Positions 38,616 to 47,623 of a stretch of DNA of 64,000 nucleotides are shown one piece after another; the stretch's first letter is position 1; every line of letters starts with the position of its first letter. The stretch lies in assembly GCA_028283655.1 (NCBI GenBank), contig JAPWKE010000001.1, forward strand, positions 25,082-89,081, written 5' to 3'. The DNA comes from Acidobacteriaceae bacterium. Lineage in GTDB: Bacteria; Acidobacteriota; Terriglobia; Terriglobales; Acidobacteriaceae. Both the position numbers and the translations under genes were made by a program. Below the pieces are notes generated by a model, which was given only the letters and a program-made list of their open reading frames with translations, ran no database searches and was not told the DNA's origin.

Positions 38616-38630
38616 TGGCATCGAGATTGC
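38616..38630 (+). promoter_or_regulatory. candidate sigma54 promoter (TGGCAT-N5-TTGC)
   Basis: TGGCATCGAGATTGC has the exact -24 GG / -12 GC spacing. It sits in an AT-rich spacer 81 nt upstream of the TonB-receptor ATG. Confidence 0.4.
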
Positions 38631-38710
38631 GTATGTAGTGTGCGAGCGTCCCTCATAACCCAGCGATGAGTTGCACTGAGAACGTTCATTTCTATCCGAG
38701 GTAGCAACTA

Positions 38711-41700
38711 ATGTTCGATCCCTCCTCATTTCGCGTAGGCCAGGCCGTTCGTCGTGGACTGCTTGTGCTCGCCTGTGCTGCTGCCGTGACGGTGAGTCAC
38801 GCGCAGTCCAACCGCGGCACCGTGACCGGTGTCGTGCAGGACGCAACGGGCGCAGTTGTCGCCAATGCTGAAGTTGTTCTGAAGTCCCCGTCGCAGGGAA
38901 CCACGATCGTTCTTAAAACGAACTCCGCTGGTGTCTACCGTTTCGACAGCGTGAACACAGGCGACTATGTTGTCACCGTCAAGTCTGCTGGCTTCGTAAG
39001 TCAGGAGCAACCTGCAACTGTCGTCGTCGGTTCGACCGTTGGACGTGATTTCAAGCTTGCTGTTGGCAGCTCGAACGATACCGTTGAGGTTGTTTCGAAC
39101 TCTCTTGAACTTCAGACGGAAGATGCCGTTCGAGGCGGCACCGTCGCATCTCGCGAACTTGCAGAGCTCCCGATCTCAGGTCAGAACTCTCTGAATTTGA
39201 TTCTTACTGCTCCGGGTGTTGTACGTTCAAACCTTGCAGCTGGTGGATCGCTGGACAGCGGTATTGGCGCAGTAAATGGTGCTCGTGCTCGCTCAAATAA
39301 CTTCCTTATCGATGGCTTGCAGAACAACGACATCTCGGTAGCAGGCCCTCAATACGTCATTACCAATAACGACGTGTTGCAGGAAGTGAACTTCCAGACT
39401 TCGAACTTCTCGCCTGAATTCGGTCGTGCTGGTGGCGCTATTGTTTCTCAGATTACAAAGTCCGGTACGAACAAAATTCACGGTACCGTCGCGGTCGTTT
39501 ATCGCAGCCAGCTCTTCCGCGCTACAACCTCGCTGGAGCGCAGTGCTTTCACTTCCAATCTGGCGACGTACGCCGCGCAGCAGGCCGCAGGCAACACTTC
39601 CTATCCGTACCCCGATGTGAAGAACAAGTTCCACGAGTTCCGTCCGGCCATCACCATTGGCGGTCCGCTTGTTATTCCTCATCTTTATGATGGCAAGGAC
39701 CGTACCTTCATCTTTGGCGGTGGGCAGCTCTTCCGTGATCGTTATAACGCTCTGGCAACCTTCACCAGCATTCCGACGGCTACCGGCTACACGACCTTGA
39801 ACAATTTGGCAGCATCAACCGGTTGCAGCAACGTGCGTTTGTACCTGAGCATTCTCAACGCACTCGGCAATCCAACCTCGAGCTTCCAGCAGGCGGCGAC
39901 TTCTATTGCTGTCCCCACTTCGCTTGCAACGTCGACATGCAACGGCACCGCACGTACGGGCCAGACGCTCTCGACTGGTCAGTTCTACCGCTCGGCTCGG
40001 GAAGCTTACGACGATCAGAACTTCAATGTTCGCCTCGATCATAAGGTTTCGGAGAAGCAGAGCATGCTCTTCCGCTTCCTCTATGATGACAACGTTGACA
40101 ACCTCGGTGGCAGCGAAGCTGTGGGCCCTGCGTTTGACGTTCCGTCACGTGGTCGTACTATGGGCGGCGCGTTCAACGACGTTTATCAGGTCAAGAACAA
40201 CCTGCTAAATGAGTTCCGCTTTGGTTACACACGCTCCAGTGTTAAATTCCTGATCCCTGCAAGTGCTGCGTTGGGCGCTTCGCTTCCTGCGTACTCGGCT
40301 ACCAGTCTCAACATTCCTGCGATCTCATCCTCCTTCAGCCAGGGACGTACGGCTAACAGCTTCGAGTATGAAGACACATTGACCTACGTGAAGGGCAAGC
40401 ATGCCTTCAAGGTTGGCGGTGCTTTCCTTCGCCAGCTCGCAGTGCAGATTGCTCCATTCAACTCGCGTGGTACGGTTGCTTACTCGCAGATTACGGCAGC
40501 AAACTCAGCGGCGTACTATGCCACGGCTGTTACTGCTATCGCGAACTTCATCGACGATTACGCTGGTGTGAGTTCCGCGCCTGTGAACAAGTTGTTTGAT
40601 ACGGCCAGCCCTGCACAACCGGGTACCTATCGTCCAAACCTTTTCACGCAATCCTACTTTGCTCAGGACACATGGAAGGTTACTCCTGACCTCACGCTTG
40701 TTTACGGTCTCCGTTACGAGAACTTCGGTCAGCCGGCGAATAGCCTCCCGAATCCCGCGTTTGTGGGTTACGGTACCAGCGACTATCTTTCGACGGCTCG
40801 CGTGAACCAGGACAACAATAATGTTGGCCCGACGTTCGGCTTCTCGTATAACCCTCATATCGGCGGTGGCCTGCTGAATGGGCGCACCGTTATCCGTGGT
40901 GGATACCAGGTGACTTACGACACTTTCTACAACAACCTGTTGTCGAATATGAAGGCAGCTTCACCCAACTCACCGTCAAATCTCACGACTGCCAGCGCTA
41001 TTTCCGCTACCACTCTCCGTGGTACTCCGGGAATTTCAACGGCTCTCGCGACCGCAGTTCCGACGTTGAACCCGTATACGACGCAGTCGTCGATCTTCCC
41101 GAAGAATATTCGTAACCCCTACTACCACCACTTCTCGCTGGGTATTCAGGAACAGCTGCCTGCGAAGATGGTGTTGGATGTGGCTTACGTCGGCACACTT
41201 GGCCGTCAATTGTTCTTCACCAACCCCATCAACCCGGGTCTTCCGAACACGGCTCAGACCGCAGTTGCAACGCAGACCACCACGTATGGCACCCAGACTC
41301 TGCGTGTGTACGCAAACCGCGGCAACGTTCAGACACGTGATAGTGGCCTGACCTCTAACTATCACTCTCTGCAGATTCAGCTTCGCCATAAGGGACTGAG
41401 CACGCCGGTAGGTCACATCTTCTTCCAGACCTCCTACACGTGGTCGAAGAACCTGGATGTACTGACGGAAACCTTCGCAACGAGTTCCTCGGGACAGAAT
41501 CCCTCGCGCTCGCCTCTTCTTGGCGGCCCGCTTGGTTATCTTGACTACGGTCCTTCCGATAACGACCGTCGCAATGTATCGAGCACGGTCGTCAATTGGG
41601 CTGTTCGCGGACCGAGCCGTGGGGTTCTTAAGCGTGTTCTCGGTGGCTGGTCTGTTGCTCCGATCCTCACTGCGCAGAGCGGCACTCCGTACACCGTGCT

Positions 41701-42160
41701 CAATGGTGTTGACCGTGATCTCGACGGCTCCACTCTTGGCGATCGTCCTGACGTTGGCAATATGAAGGCTGCCTATGATTCGCGTGGTACCTATGACACC
41801 ACGTGCACCAACGGCGTCCGTAATCTTGCAACCAGCTCTTGCACTTCGAAGGATCAGGTTCGCTACATCCTCGTAACGACTTACTCCCCCTCGAGCCCCA
41901 GCATCGCCCATCGTAACTTCGCTTACACCACGCGCTATCTAAACCTGGATACAAACATCCTGAAGAAGATTGCGATCAAGAACGATGTCAACCTTGAACT
42001 GCGTGGTGAGTTCTTTAACGTAACCAATAACCAGAACTACGACACCCCATCCGCTTATTCGAACCTCAATACGTATGGTGCGTCGACCAACTTCCTCAAT
42101 ACTTCGCTCCAGAGCGGCGGTTCGCGCTCCTTCCGCGTAGGTGGAAAGCTGTTGTTCTAA
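38711..42160 (+). CDS. TonB-dependent receptor with N-terminal carboxypeptidase-regulatory-like domain
   Basis: Signal peptide, then GTVTGVVQDATGAVVANAEVVLKS...GVYRFDSVNTGDYVVTV (CarboxypepD_reg). The plug region is VRGGTVASRELAELPISGQNSLNLILTAPGV. A long barrel ends FRVGGKLLF. Confidence 0.9.
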   Translation: MFDPSSFRVGQAVRRGLLVLACAAAVTVSHAQSNRGTVTGVVQDATGAVVANAEVVLKSPSQGTTIVLKTNSAGVYRFDSVNTGDYVVTVKSAGFVSQEQPATVVVGSTVGRDFKLAVGSSNDTVEVVSNSLELQTEDAVRGGTVASRELAELPISGQNSLNLILTAPGVVRSNLAAGGSLDSGIGAVNGARARSNNFLIDGLQNNDISVAGPQYVITNNDVLQEVNFQTSNFSPEFGRAGGAIVSQITKSGTNKIHGTVAVVYRSQLFRATTSLERSAFTSNLATYAAQQAAGNTSYPYPDVKNKFHEFRPAITIGGPLVIPHLYDGKDRTFIFGGGQLFRDRYNALATFTSIPTATGYTTLNNLAASTGCSNVRLYLSILNALGNPTSSFQQAATSIAVPTSLATSTCNGTARTGQTLSTGQFYRSAREAYDDQNFNVRLDHKVSEKQSMLFRFLYDDNVDNLGGSEAVGPAFDVPSRGRTMGGAFNDVYQVKNNLLNEFRFGYTRSSVKFLIPASAALGASLPAYSATSLNIPAISSSFSQGRTANSFEYEDTLTYVKGKHAFKVGGAFLRQLAVQIAPFNSRGTVAYSQITAANSAAYYATAVTAIANFIDDYAGVSSAPVNKLFDTASPAQPGTYRPNLFTQSYFAQDTWKVTPDLTLVYGLRYENFGQPANSLPNPAFVGYGTSDYLSTARVNQDNNNVGPTFGFSYNPHIGGGLLNGRTVIRGGYQVTYDTFYNNLLSNMKAASPNSPSNLTTASAISATTLRGTPGISTALATAVPTLNPYTTQSSIFPKNIRNPYYHHFSLGIQEQLPAKMVLDVAYVGTLGRQLFFTNPINPGLPNTAQTAVATQTTTYGTQTLRVYANRGNVQTRDSGLTSNYHSLQIQLRHKGLSTPVGHIFFQTSYTWSKNLDVLTETFATSSSGQNPSRSPLLGGPLGYLDYGPSDNDRRNVSSTVVNWAVRGPSRGVLKRVLGGWSVAPILTAQSGTPYTVLNGVDRDLDGSTLGDRPDVGNMKAAYDSRGTYDTTCTNGVRNLATSSCTSKDQVRYILVTTYSPSSPSIAHRNFAYTTRYLNLDTNILKKIAIKNDVNLELRGEFFNVTNNQNYDTPSAYSNLNTYGASTNFLNTSLQSGGSRSFRVGGKLLF

Positions 42161-42174
42161 GCAGGACGAAGTCA

Positions 42175-42206
42175 TAGAGAAGGCCGCCCTCGGGCGGCCT
42201 TCTCTA
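42175..42206. terminator. bidirectional terminator
   Basis: TAGAGAAGGCCGCC-CTCG-GGCGGCCTTCTCTA, a perfect 14-bp stem. Confidence 0.8.
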
Positions 42207-42254
42207 TTTGCATAACGTGAAATCTCTTGTTCGTGAGGCTCCGAGCTAACCCGC

Positions 42255-43241
42255 TTACTGCTGCTGCTGGGCTTGCTGTAGCTGCTTCAGGCTTGGTGCT
42301 GGCTGCTCCGGAAGTGCTTGCGCTTTCTCCACCAGGATGACCCAGTCTTCCGGTACCGGGAGTTCGCGGTCAAGTGATGGCGTTCCCTGGCTAGGCTCGA
42401 CGCGTACGGCTACAGAGAGTTCGCTCTTCGTGCGGCCGCGGTAGATGCCGTGCGTTGGAGGAACGTCGGAGTAGTCGCGGCCGATCGCTGTGCGGATATG
42501 GCGGTCGCCGGCGACAAGGTTGTTCGTCGGGTCGAAGCCGACCCATCCAAGCTCCGGCAGGAGGCACTCGATCCAGGCGTGCGTTGCCTGATCGTCGGAG
42601 CGATCCTTGAACTGGGCGCCGTGATAGAGGTAGCCCGAGACGTAGCGGCAGGGGATCCGCAGGTGGGTGCGGACCAACGTGATCATGACGTGCGCAAAGT
42701 CCTGGCAAACGCCCGCGCGCGCGATCAGCGCTTCGTCGATAGGCGAATCGGCGGTTGTCGATTTCGGCTTGTAGTCGAAGGCGCGGTAGAGCTGTTCGTT
42801 GAGCCGGTGCAGGGTCGTCAGAGGATCGTCGGAACGGTCCAGCTTCAGCTCCACAGAGAGCTTTTCCAGCTCTTCCGTCGAGGTGCAGAACTGGCTGGGG
42901 AGCAACATCTCCCAGAAGTCGCCTGCCTGCACCATGGCGTCGATCTCGTCCCACGAGCCCGGCGGCAGAGATGCCGGGACTTCTGGGTGCGGGGTCATCT
43001 CGACGATCGCTTCGGCCACGATCACAAGCTGCGCATGCTGGCCTGGAATGTCGAAGTGATGAATGTGGTTGTTCAGGTGGTCGCGGTAGCTGAAGACTCG
43101 GCAACGCGGCGAGACGGCGAGGTGGAACGTGAGGCAGCGTTGCTGTGCATCGGAGCGCGGATGCATCCGCGTCTCCATAATGCTTTCGCTCACGGGCGTC
43201 TTATACGCAAACTTGGTCAGATGTCGGATCGAGTAGTACAT
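42255..43241 (-). CDS. transglutaminase-family protein
   Basis: MYYSIRHLTKFAYKTPV is a typical N-terminus for this family. The Cys-His-Asp core is GVCQDFAHVMITL ... THAWIECLLPELGWVGFDPTN. GGAG lies 7 nt before ATG 43241. Confidence 0.88.
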   Translation of the reverse strand: MYYSIRHLTKFAYKTPVSESIMETRMHPRSDAQQRCLTFHLAVSPRCRVFSYRDHLNNHIHHFDIPGQHAQLVIVAEAIVEMTPHPEVPASLPPGSWDEIDAMVQAGDFWEMLLPSQFCTSTEELEKLSVELKLDRSDDPLTTLHRLNEQLYRAFDYKPKSTTADSPIDEALIARAGVCQDFAHVMITLVRTHLRIPCRYVSGYLYHGAQFKDRSDDQATHAWIECLLPELGWVGFDPTNNLVAGDRHIRTAIGRDYSDVPPTHGIYRGRTKSELSVAVRVEPSQGTPSLDRELPVPEDWVILVEKAQALPEQPAPSLKQLQQAQQQQ

Positions 43242-43355
43242 GGGCGGCTCCGTGTACAGCGACTGCAACTGCGACTTCATGGGGTAACTACACTTCTTTC
43301 TGATGCGGTCTTGCCTGTGCAAACCTTGCTTGAAACGGTGATGCAGCGCGAATTC

Positions 43356-44342
43356 TCAGCCCGCGAGCGCTGCTTGAATCGAATAGTCCACATAAAGATG
43401 GTAGATGGCTTCGTGGATCTCCTGGCATTGCGCCTGGATGTTGTGCAGGTAGGCGACAACGTTGCCCGCCAGAATCTCGTCCACGCTGGCGTAGCTCAAG
43501 GCTGCCGCCGCACGGCCGGCCATCTTGCGCAGGCTTTCTGCGCGGGTGCCGCCGGCGTCGTCCTGGATCTTGTCCAGCGCCTCGCGAATGCTCTCGATCG
43601 AGAAGCGGATCGAGTGAGGAAACTCTTCATCCAGCACCAGAAACTCGAGGATTTTTTCCGGGGTCAGATCTGCGGTGTAAACCTTGCAGTACGCCTCGAA
43701 GGCGGTCGCGGAACGCAGCAGACCCATCCATTCGAGATACTCGTTGCCATCGATGGTGGGTTCGGTCTGGGCCCACAGGTCACCCTGATACGCCTCCAGC
43801 AAAATGGCTGTAGCGGCAGCGCGTTCGAGGAAGCGGCCTACCTGGATGAAGTGCCAGCCTTCGCCGTGCGACATCGTGGAGTCGGTGACACCCTGGAACT
43901 GGTGCACGGCCTCCATGACCTGCTGAAGAAATGCAGCAGGCGCATCGCCTGTGGGCTGCTCTTCTTCTACCTTCATCATGGTGCGCAGCTCTGGCCGCGT
44001 CACTTCCAGGTACAGCGAGTTCAGCCGATGCCATTGCTCGGTCGAGATCTGCTCGCGTACGTGGCGCGCGTTTTCGCGGGCCTTCATAATGCAGTTCAAC
44101 ACGCTCGACTTGTTCGCGACATCGAACGTAAGCGCATGCATCAGGTCGTAGGGATTGCCTTCCCACTTCACCTGTTTCGGCTTGCCGAGAGAAGCGAGCA
44201 GACGCTCCCAGCGATGGTCTGCGGAGTTTGCGTTCTCATCCAGCATCAGGTTCAGATTCACGTCCAGCAGACGCGCTGTGTGTTCGGCGCGTTCCAGGTA
44301 GCGGGACATCCAGTAGAGCGAATCAGCAACGCGTGAAAGCAT
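43356..44342 (-). CDS. alpha-E domain protein (DUF403)
   Basis: MLSRVADSLYWMSRYLERAEHTARLLDVNLNLMLD. Confidence 0.88.
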   Translation of the reverse strand: MLSRVADSLYWMSRYLERAEHTARLLDVNLNLMLDENANSADHRWERLLASLGKPKQVKWEGNPYDLMHALTFDVANKSSVLNCIMKARENARHVREQISTEQWHRLNSLYLEVTRPELRTMMKVEEEQPTGDAPAAFLQQVMEAVHQFQGVTDSTMSHGEGWHFIQVGRFLERAAATAILLEAYQGDLWAQTEPTIDGNEYLEWMGLLRSATAFEAYCKVYTADLTPEKILEFLVLDEEFPHSIRFSIESIREALDKIQDDAGGTRAESLRKMAGRAAAALSYASVDEILAGNVVAYLHNIQAQCQEIHEAIYHLYVDYSIQAALAG

Positions 44343-44417
44343 CCGTGGGAGGGTTCCTTTACAGCAGAGTTACAGGATGGTTGGATTTCACTCTACATCA
44401 CGCGAAGGCTTTGGCGG

Positions 44418-45539
44418 CTATGGTTTGTGCGGTGGAGCTTTCATCAGCGCAACAAAGAGCTTGCTGAAGCGTTCGCTGTCTAAATCCTGCTGCACGTGAA
44501 CCAGTTGTACGTCGCGTTGCGGCTTCGTGGCGGCTGACCAGGAGAGCGTTCCGCCGTAGTTCGGACCACGCGTCAGATCGACGTCGATGTAGAGCGTTTG
44601 CTCTTTCGTGATGATCTTCGGATCGAGCCACGCGGCGGCCTCGAGCTCGTCCCACAGGTAGTGATACTCGCGGGTGTACTTCGCCACGTACTGCGCGGCA
44701 GGCGTATCGCCAGCGGCGATTTCTTGCATCATCTCCTTGCTGAACAACGTCTTCACGCTGATGTCGACGGTTGTCAGATCGATGCGTGGCCAGTGCGCGC
44801 GCAGTACGATGTGCGCGGCTTCGGGATCGAACCAGAAGTTGAACTCGTGGCGCGGGTCGGTCGCAAACTCCGGGTCGCCGGTGTTGGGCTCAAGACTTCC
44901 GCCCATGATCAGGATGCCCTTGGTCAGCTCGGCGAACTCAGGATCGATCTTCAGCGCGAGTGCGATATTCGTCAGCGGCCCCGCGGCGTAAATCGTGACC
45001 TCGTGAGGATGCTCGTGCACCTGCCGCACCAGAAAGTGCGCGGCGTCTTCCTTCAGCGGAGCCGTGTGCGGTTCGCCTTCTTCAAGCTTCGGAACGAGCA
45101 TCGGAGCGTGATAGGGCTGGCCACTGTTGTGCTCGGCGGAGTCTCCCCAGGCGCCGTACCAGACGCTGCGTCCGTAGATCGCGCGCTCCTGCCTGGCGTC
45201 GGCTTCATCATGCACGAGAGGGAAGATCGCTCCGGGCACGACGGGTACGTCCGTACGGTGGATCAGCTCGAGCATCCGCAGCGTATGCGCTACCTCTTCG
45301 GGCTCCCACGCGTTGCCGCTCACCATCGTCAGGCCAAGCACGCGGACGTCCGGTGACTGCAGCAGCACCATCATCGCCATCTGGTTAGAGCCGCCGGGGC
45401 CGGAGCCGTCCTGGTCCATGATCACCAGCCGCGGTGCAGGCTGCTGCTGGGCCTGCAGTGCCGCGCAGGGGAGTAGAGCTAATGTCGCCGTTGCAGCCAT
45501 CATCGTCCGCACAAAAGAGAAGCGCATGGCCTCGATCAT
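44418..45539 (-). CDS. secreted nucleoside hydrolase (IUNH family)
   Basis: VIMDQDGSGPGGSNQMAMMVLLQSPDVRVLGLTMVSGNAW is an N-terminal DxDxxxDD-like motif. A signal peptide is present. The start is uncertain (ATG 45539 or 45527). Confidence 0.8.
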   Translation of the reverse strand: MIEAMRFSFVRTMMAATATLALLPCAALQAQQQPAPRLVIMDQDGSGPGGSNQMAMMVLLQSPDVRVLGLTMVSGNAWEPEEVAHTLRMLELIHRTDVPVVPGAIFPLVHDEADARQERAIYGRSVWYGAWGDSAEHNSGQPYHAPMLVPKLEEGEPHTAPLKEDAAHFLVRQVHEHPHEVTIYAAGPLTNIALALKIDPEFAELTKGILIMGGSLEPNTGDPEFATDPRHEFNFWFDPEAAHIVLRAHWPRIDLTTVDISVKTLFSKEMMQEIAAGDTPAAQYVAKYTREYHYLWDELEAAAWLDPKIITKEQTLYIDVDLTRGPNYGGTLSWSAATKPQRDVQLVHVQQDLDSERFSKLFVALMKAPPHKP

Positions 45540-45577
45540 ACGAGACCATGCGCTGTTTGGTGCGTTGGTGGTGATCG

Positions 45578-47089
45578 CTAGAAGCGAAGCATCAACGCGC
45601 TTGCGGCAGGAACGGTGAAGCTGGGTCGCTTCGCTGTGGCGGAGCACTTCGCGGTCTTCGCAAAGTCACGGCCACCGCTCCAGTTGACGCGCTTGGAGGT
45701 CAACGAGGATGCGGTCAGAGTCGCAGTACAGGCGCCCTTGGCCTCCGGCATGTCGATCGTCAACGCCTGCGTCTCGTCCTTGTTGATGATGGCCACCAGC
45801 GTCTTGCCGTTCGGCAGCTTGGCTGCATAGGCCGTTGCGTTGACTGAGCCTGCAGCTAGCTCCACGCCGATCATCTGTGCTCCGGAGAACTGCTGTCCGA
45901 ACTGCATGCCGTAGAAGACCGGTTCCGGCACGTACTTGCCGTCGATATGCGCAATCGGCGTATAGAAGGGGCGCGCGTGTGGCTCCTTCGGGTCTTTCAT
46001 CAGGGCTTCGCCTGGCAGGGTTCCGCCCAGAGAGGCTGCGACCTGATCCCCGCCGCCGCCGTGCAGGTTGACTCCCGCGTAGCCGTCTTTCGCCAGCGTC
46101 AGAACGTAGTCTGCGGCCCACAGCGATGCGGCGAAGGCGTCGGAGACTCCCGGCTTGCCGCCGAGGTAGCAGGTGTTGCCCTCGGTCATGCGGTAGGGCA
46201 CATGCAACCGCTCTGCAGCGGAGGAGATGTCCTTTGTCAACTGATCGACCTTTGCACTGTGCTTCAGCAGCAGGTCGATGTTGACGTCCGGGTTCTTGGG
46301 CGGGCCGTTGAAGTAGTAGTGATGGCTCAACGCCGCTACCTGCGGACGCTCGCTCGCGGGCAGCTCCAGCAGCCGCGTCACGACCTTCGCATACCACTCA
46401 GGATTGCCCGAGGTGTCGGGCAGGCCGAACTTCGCGCTGGGCACGGCCCTCGTGATGGCCTGTGCTTCGGCCAGCCACTCGTCGAAGTACTTCTCTGCCG
46501 TCCAGGTCTTCGGATCGCGCAGATGCATTCGAAAGAGGTCTGGCTCGTTGCCTACCTGAAAGTACTCGAGCTTTGCGCCCAGCGTCTTCGCAACGAAGAC
46601 AGCTTCTTCGGCGGCGCGCTGCGGCGTGTTTGTGCCCAGGTTGATGCCGTAGAGGCACGTCCAGCCTGTCGCATCCAGAAAGCCGCGCAGGTTGCGAACC
46701 GCTTCCGGGGTGATCGCGTACTGGTGCTTGTCGATGGTGAAGTTCTTGTCTTCGTGGTCGAAGTGAATCTCTGGTTGCGTGGCTTCCGATGTTGCCTTCC
46801 ACCAGCCCACGTCGGAGGTGTTGCCACCGATGCGCAGCACGCCATGCGGTGCCAGCTCGGTGAACGCTGCGATCAGGCCCTTGTTCGCCACGGAAAAGAA
46901 GTTGGGGTCGGAGAGCTGCTCGGTCTCGTAGGAGAGGCCGATGAAGCTTGCCGGGATCTTCGCACCGAGCTGCTCGGGCTGAAGCGTCAGCGTGGCGGGT
47001 GAGGATGCAGGTTCAGCGAACGCGGAGCGGGCAGAAGCTGCAGCAGCGGCTGTCGCAAAGACAAACTGACGGCGATTCAAAATCGGCAT
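45578..47089 (-). CDS. GH79-like glycoside hydrolase (beta-glucuronidase/heparanase type) with Tat signal
   Basis: Twin-arginine motif MPILNRRQFVFATAAAAASA. LRIGGNTSD is present. QVGNEPD is the likely acid/base Glu and RMTEGNT the likely nucleophile Glu. The family assignment is from memory. Confidence 0.75.
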   Translation of the reverse strand: MPILNRRQFVFATAAAAASARSAFAEPASSPATLTLQPEQLGAKIPASFIGLSYETEQLSDPNFFSVANKGLIAAFTELAPHGVLRIGGNTSDVGWWKATSEATQPEIHFDHEDKNFTIDKHQYAITPEAVRNLRGFLDATGWTCLYGINLGTNTPQRAAEEAVFVAKTLGAKLEYFQVGNEPDLFRMHLRDPKTWTAEKYFDEWLAEAQAITRAVPSAKFGLPDTSGNPEWYAKVVTRLLELPASERPQVAALSHHYYFNGPPKNPDVNIDLLLKHSAKVDQLTKDISSAAERLHVPYRMTEGNTCYLGGKPGVSDAFAASLWAADYVLTLAKDGYAGVNLHGGGGDQVAASLGGTLPGEALMKDPKEPHARPFYTPIAHIDGKYVPEPVFYGMQFGQQFSGAQMIGVELAAGSVNATAYAAKLPNGKTLVAIINKDETQALTIDMPEAKGACTATLTASSLTSKRVNWSGGRDFAKTAKCSATAKRPSFTVPAASALMLRF

Positions 47090-47147
47090 GGCACAAAGAC
47101 TATGCTTTCTTTACCGCTGAAGTAAAACGATTTAGTAGATTTTATTT

Positions 47148-47348
47148 TTAGCTGGCCTTGCGGTGCAGTGATGCACCGGGGCGCCAGCCCTCGCGTCGGC
47201 GTTTCGCTGCCAGCTCAAGGTCGAAGCTCCGCTCGGGAATATCCGAGGTGTCGACCTCCGCGTCGGGCTTGTCTGCGAGTTTACGCAGCCGTTCCAGTGC
47301 CTCTGGAAGAAGAGGATCAGCCGATGTTTTGCGAACGGTTTCGCTCAT
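47148..47348 (-). CDS. brnA: BrnA-family antitoxin (DUF4415-like)
   Basis: MSETVRKTS...KPDAEVDTSDIPERSFD has the xDxSDIPE motif. It overlaps the brnT 3' end by 32 nt. Confidence 0.7.
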   Translation of the reverse strand: MSETVRKTSADPLLPEALERLRKLADKPDAEVDTSDIPERSFDLELAAKRRREGWRPGASLHRKAS

Positions 47349-47619
47349 AATCCATCCTTTCGTGCTCCAAAGCCTTCCTGGCTGAAATGATACGCACAAA
47401 GATGTCCTGGTCGTCAGACTCTTCAAGATGGATCACAAGTAAAACCGTAATTCCAGCAGCGAGACCGACCGTTCTCCACCGCAACTCACCGTCGGCGACA
47501 GAGTCTTCCTGTGTCAGCCGAAACTCATCCTGGAAGATCAGTGCTGCGTCCTCGAATGCCAAGCCATGCTTTTCGAGATTGCTTGCAGCTTTCTTTTCGT
47601 CCCACTCGAAATAAATCAC
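47317..47619 (-). CDS. brnT: BrnT-family toxin (DUF497)
   Basis: (GTG)IYFEWDEKKAASNLEKHGLAFEDAALIF...RIISARKA. The start is 4 nt downstream of the ATP-grasp stop. Confidence 0.8.
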   Translation of the reverse strand: MIYFEWDEKKAASNLEKHGLAFEDAALIFQDEFRLTQEDSVADGELRWRTVGLAAGITVLLVIHLEESDDQDIFVRIISARKALEHERMDYERNRSQNIG

Positions 47620-47623
47620 GCGT

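Noticed and set aside
42450-44336. 628-aa plus-strand ORF
   Set aside because: It is antisense to the transglutaminase and alpha-E genes, both of which have strong family signatures on the minus strand.
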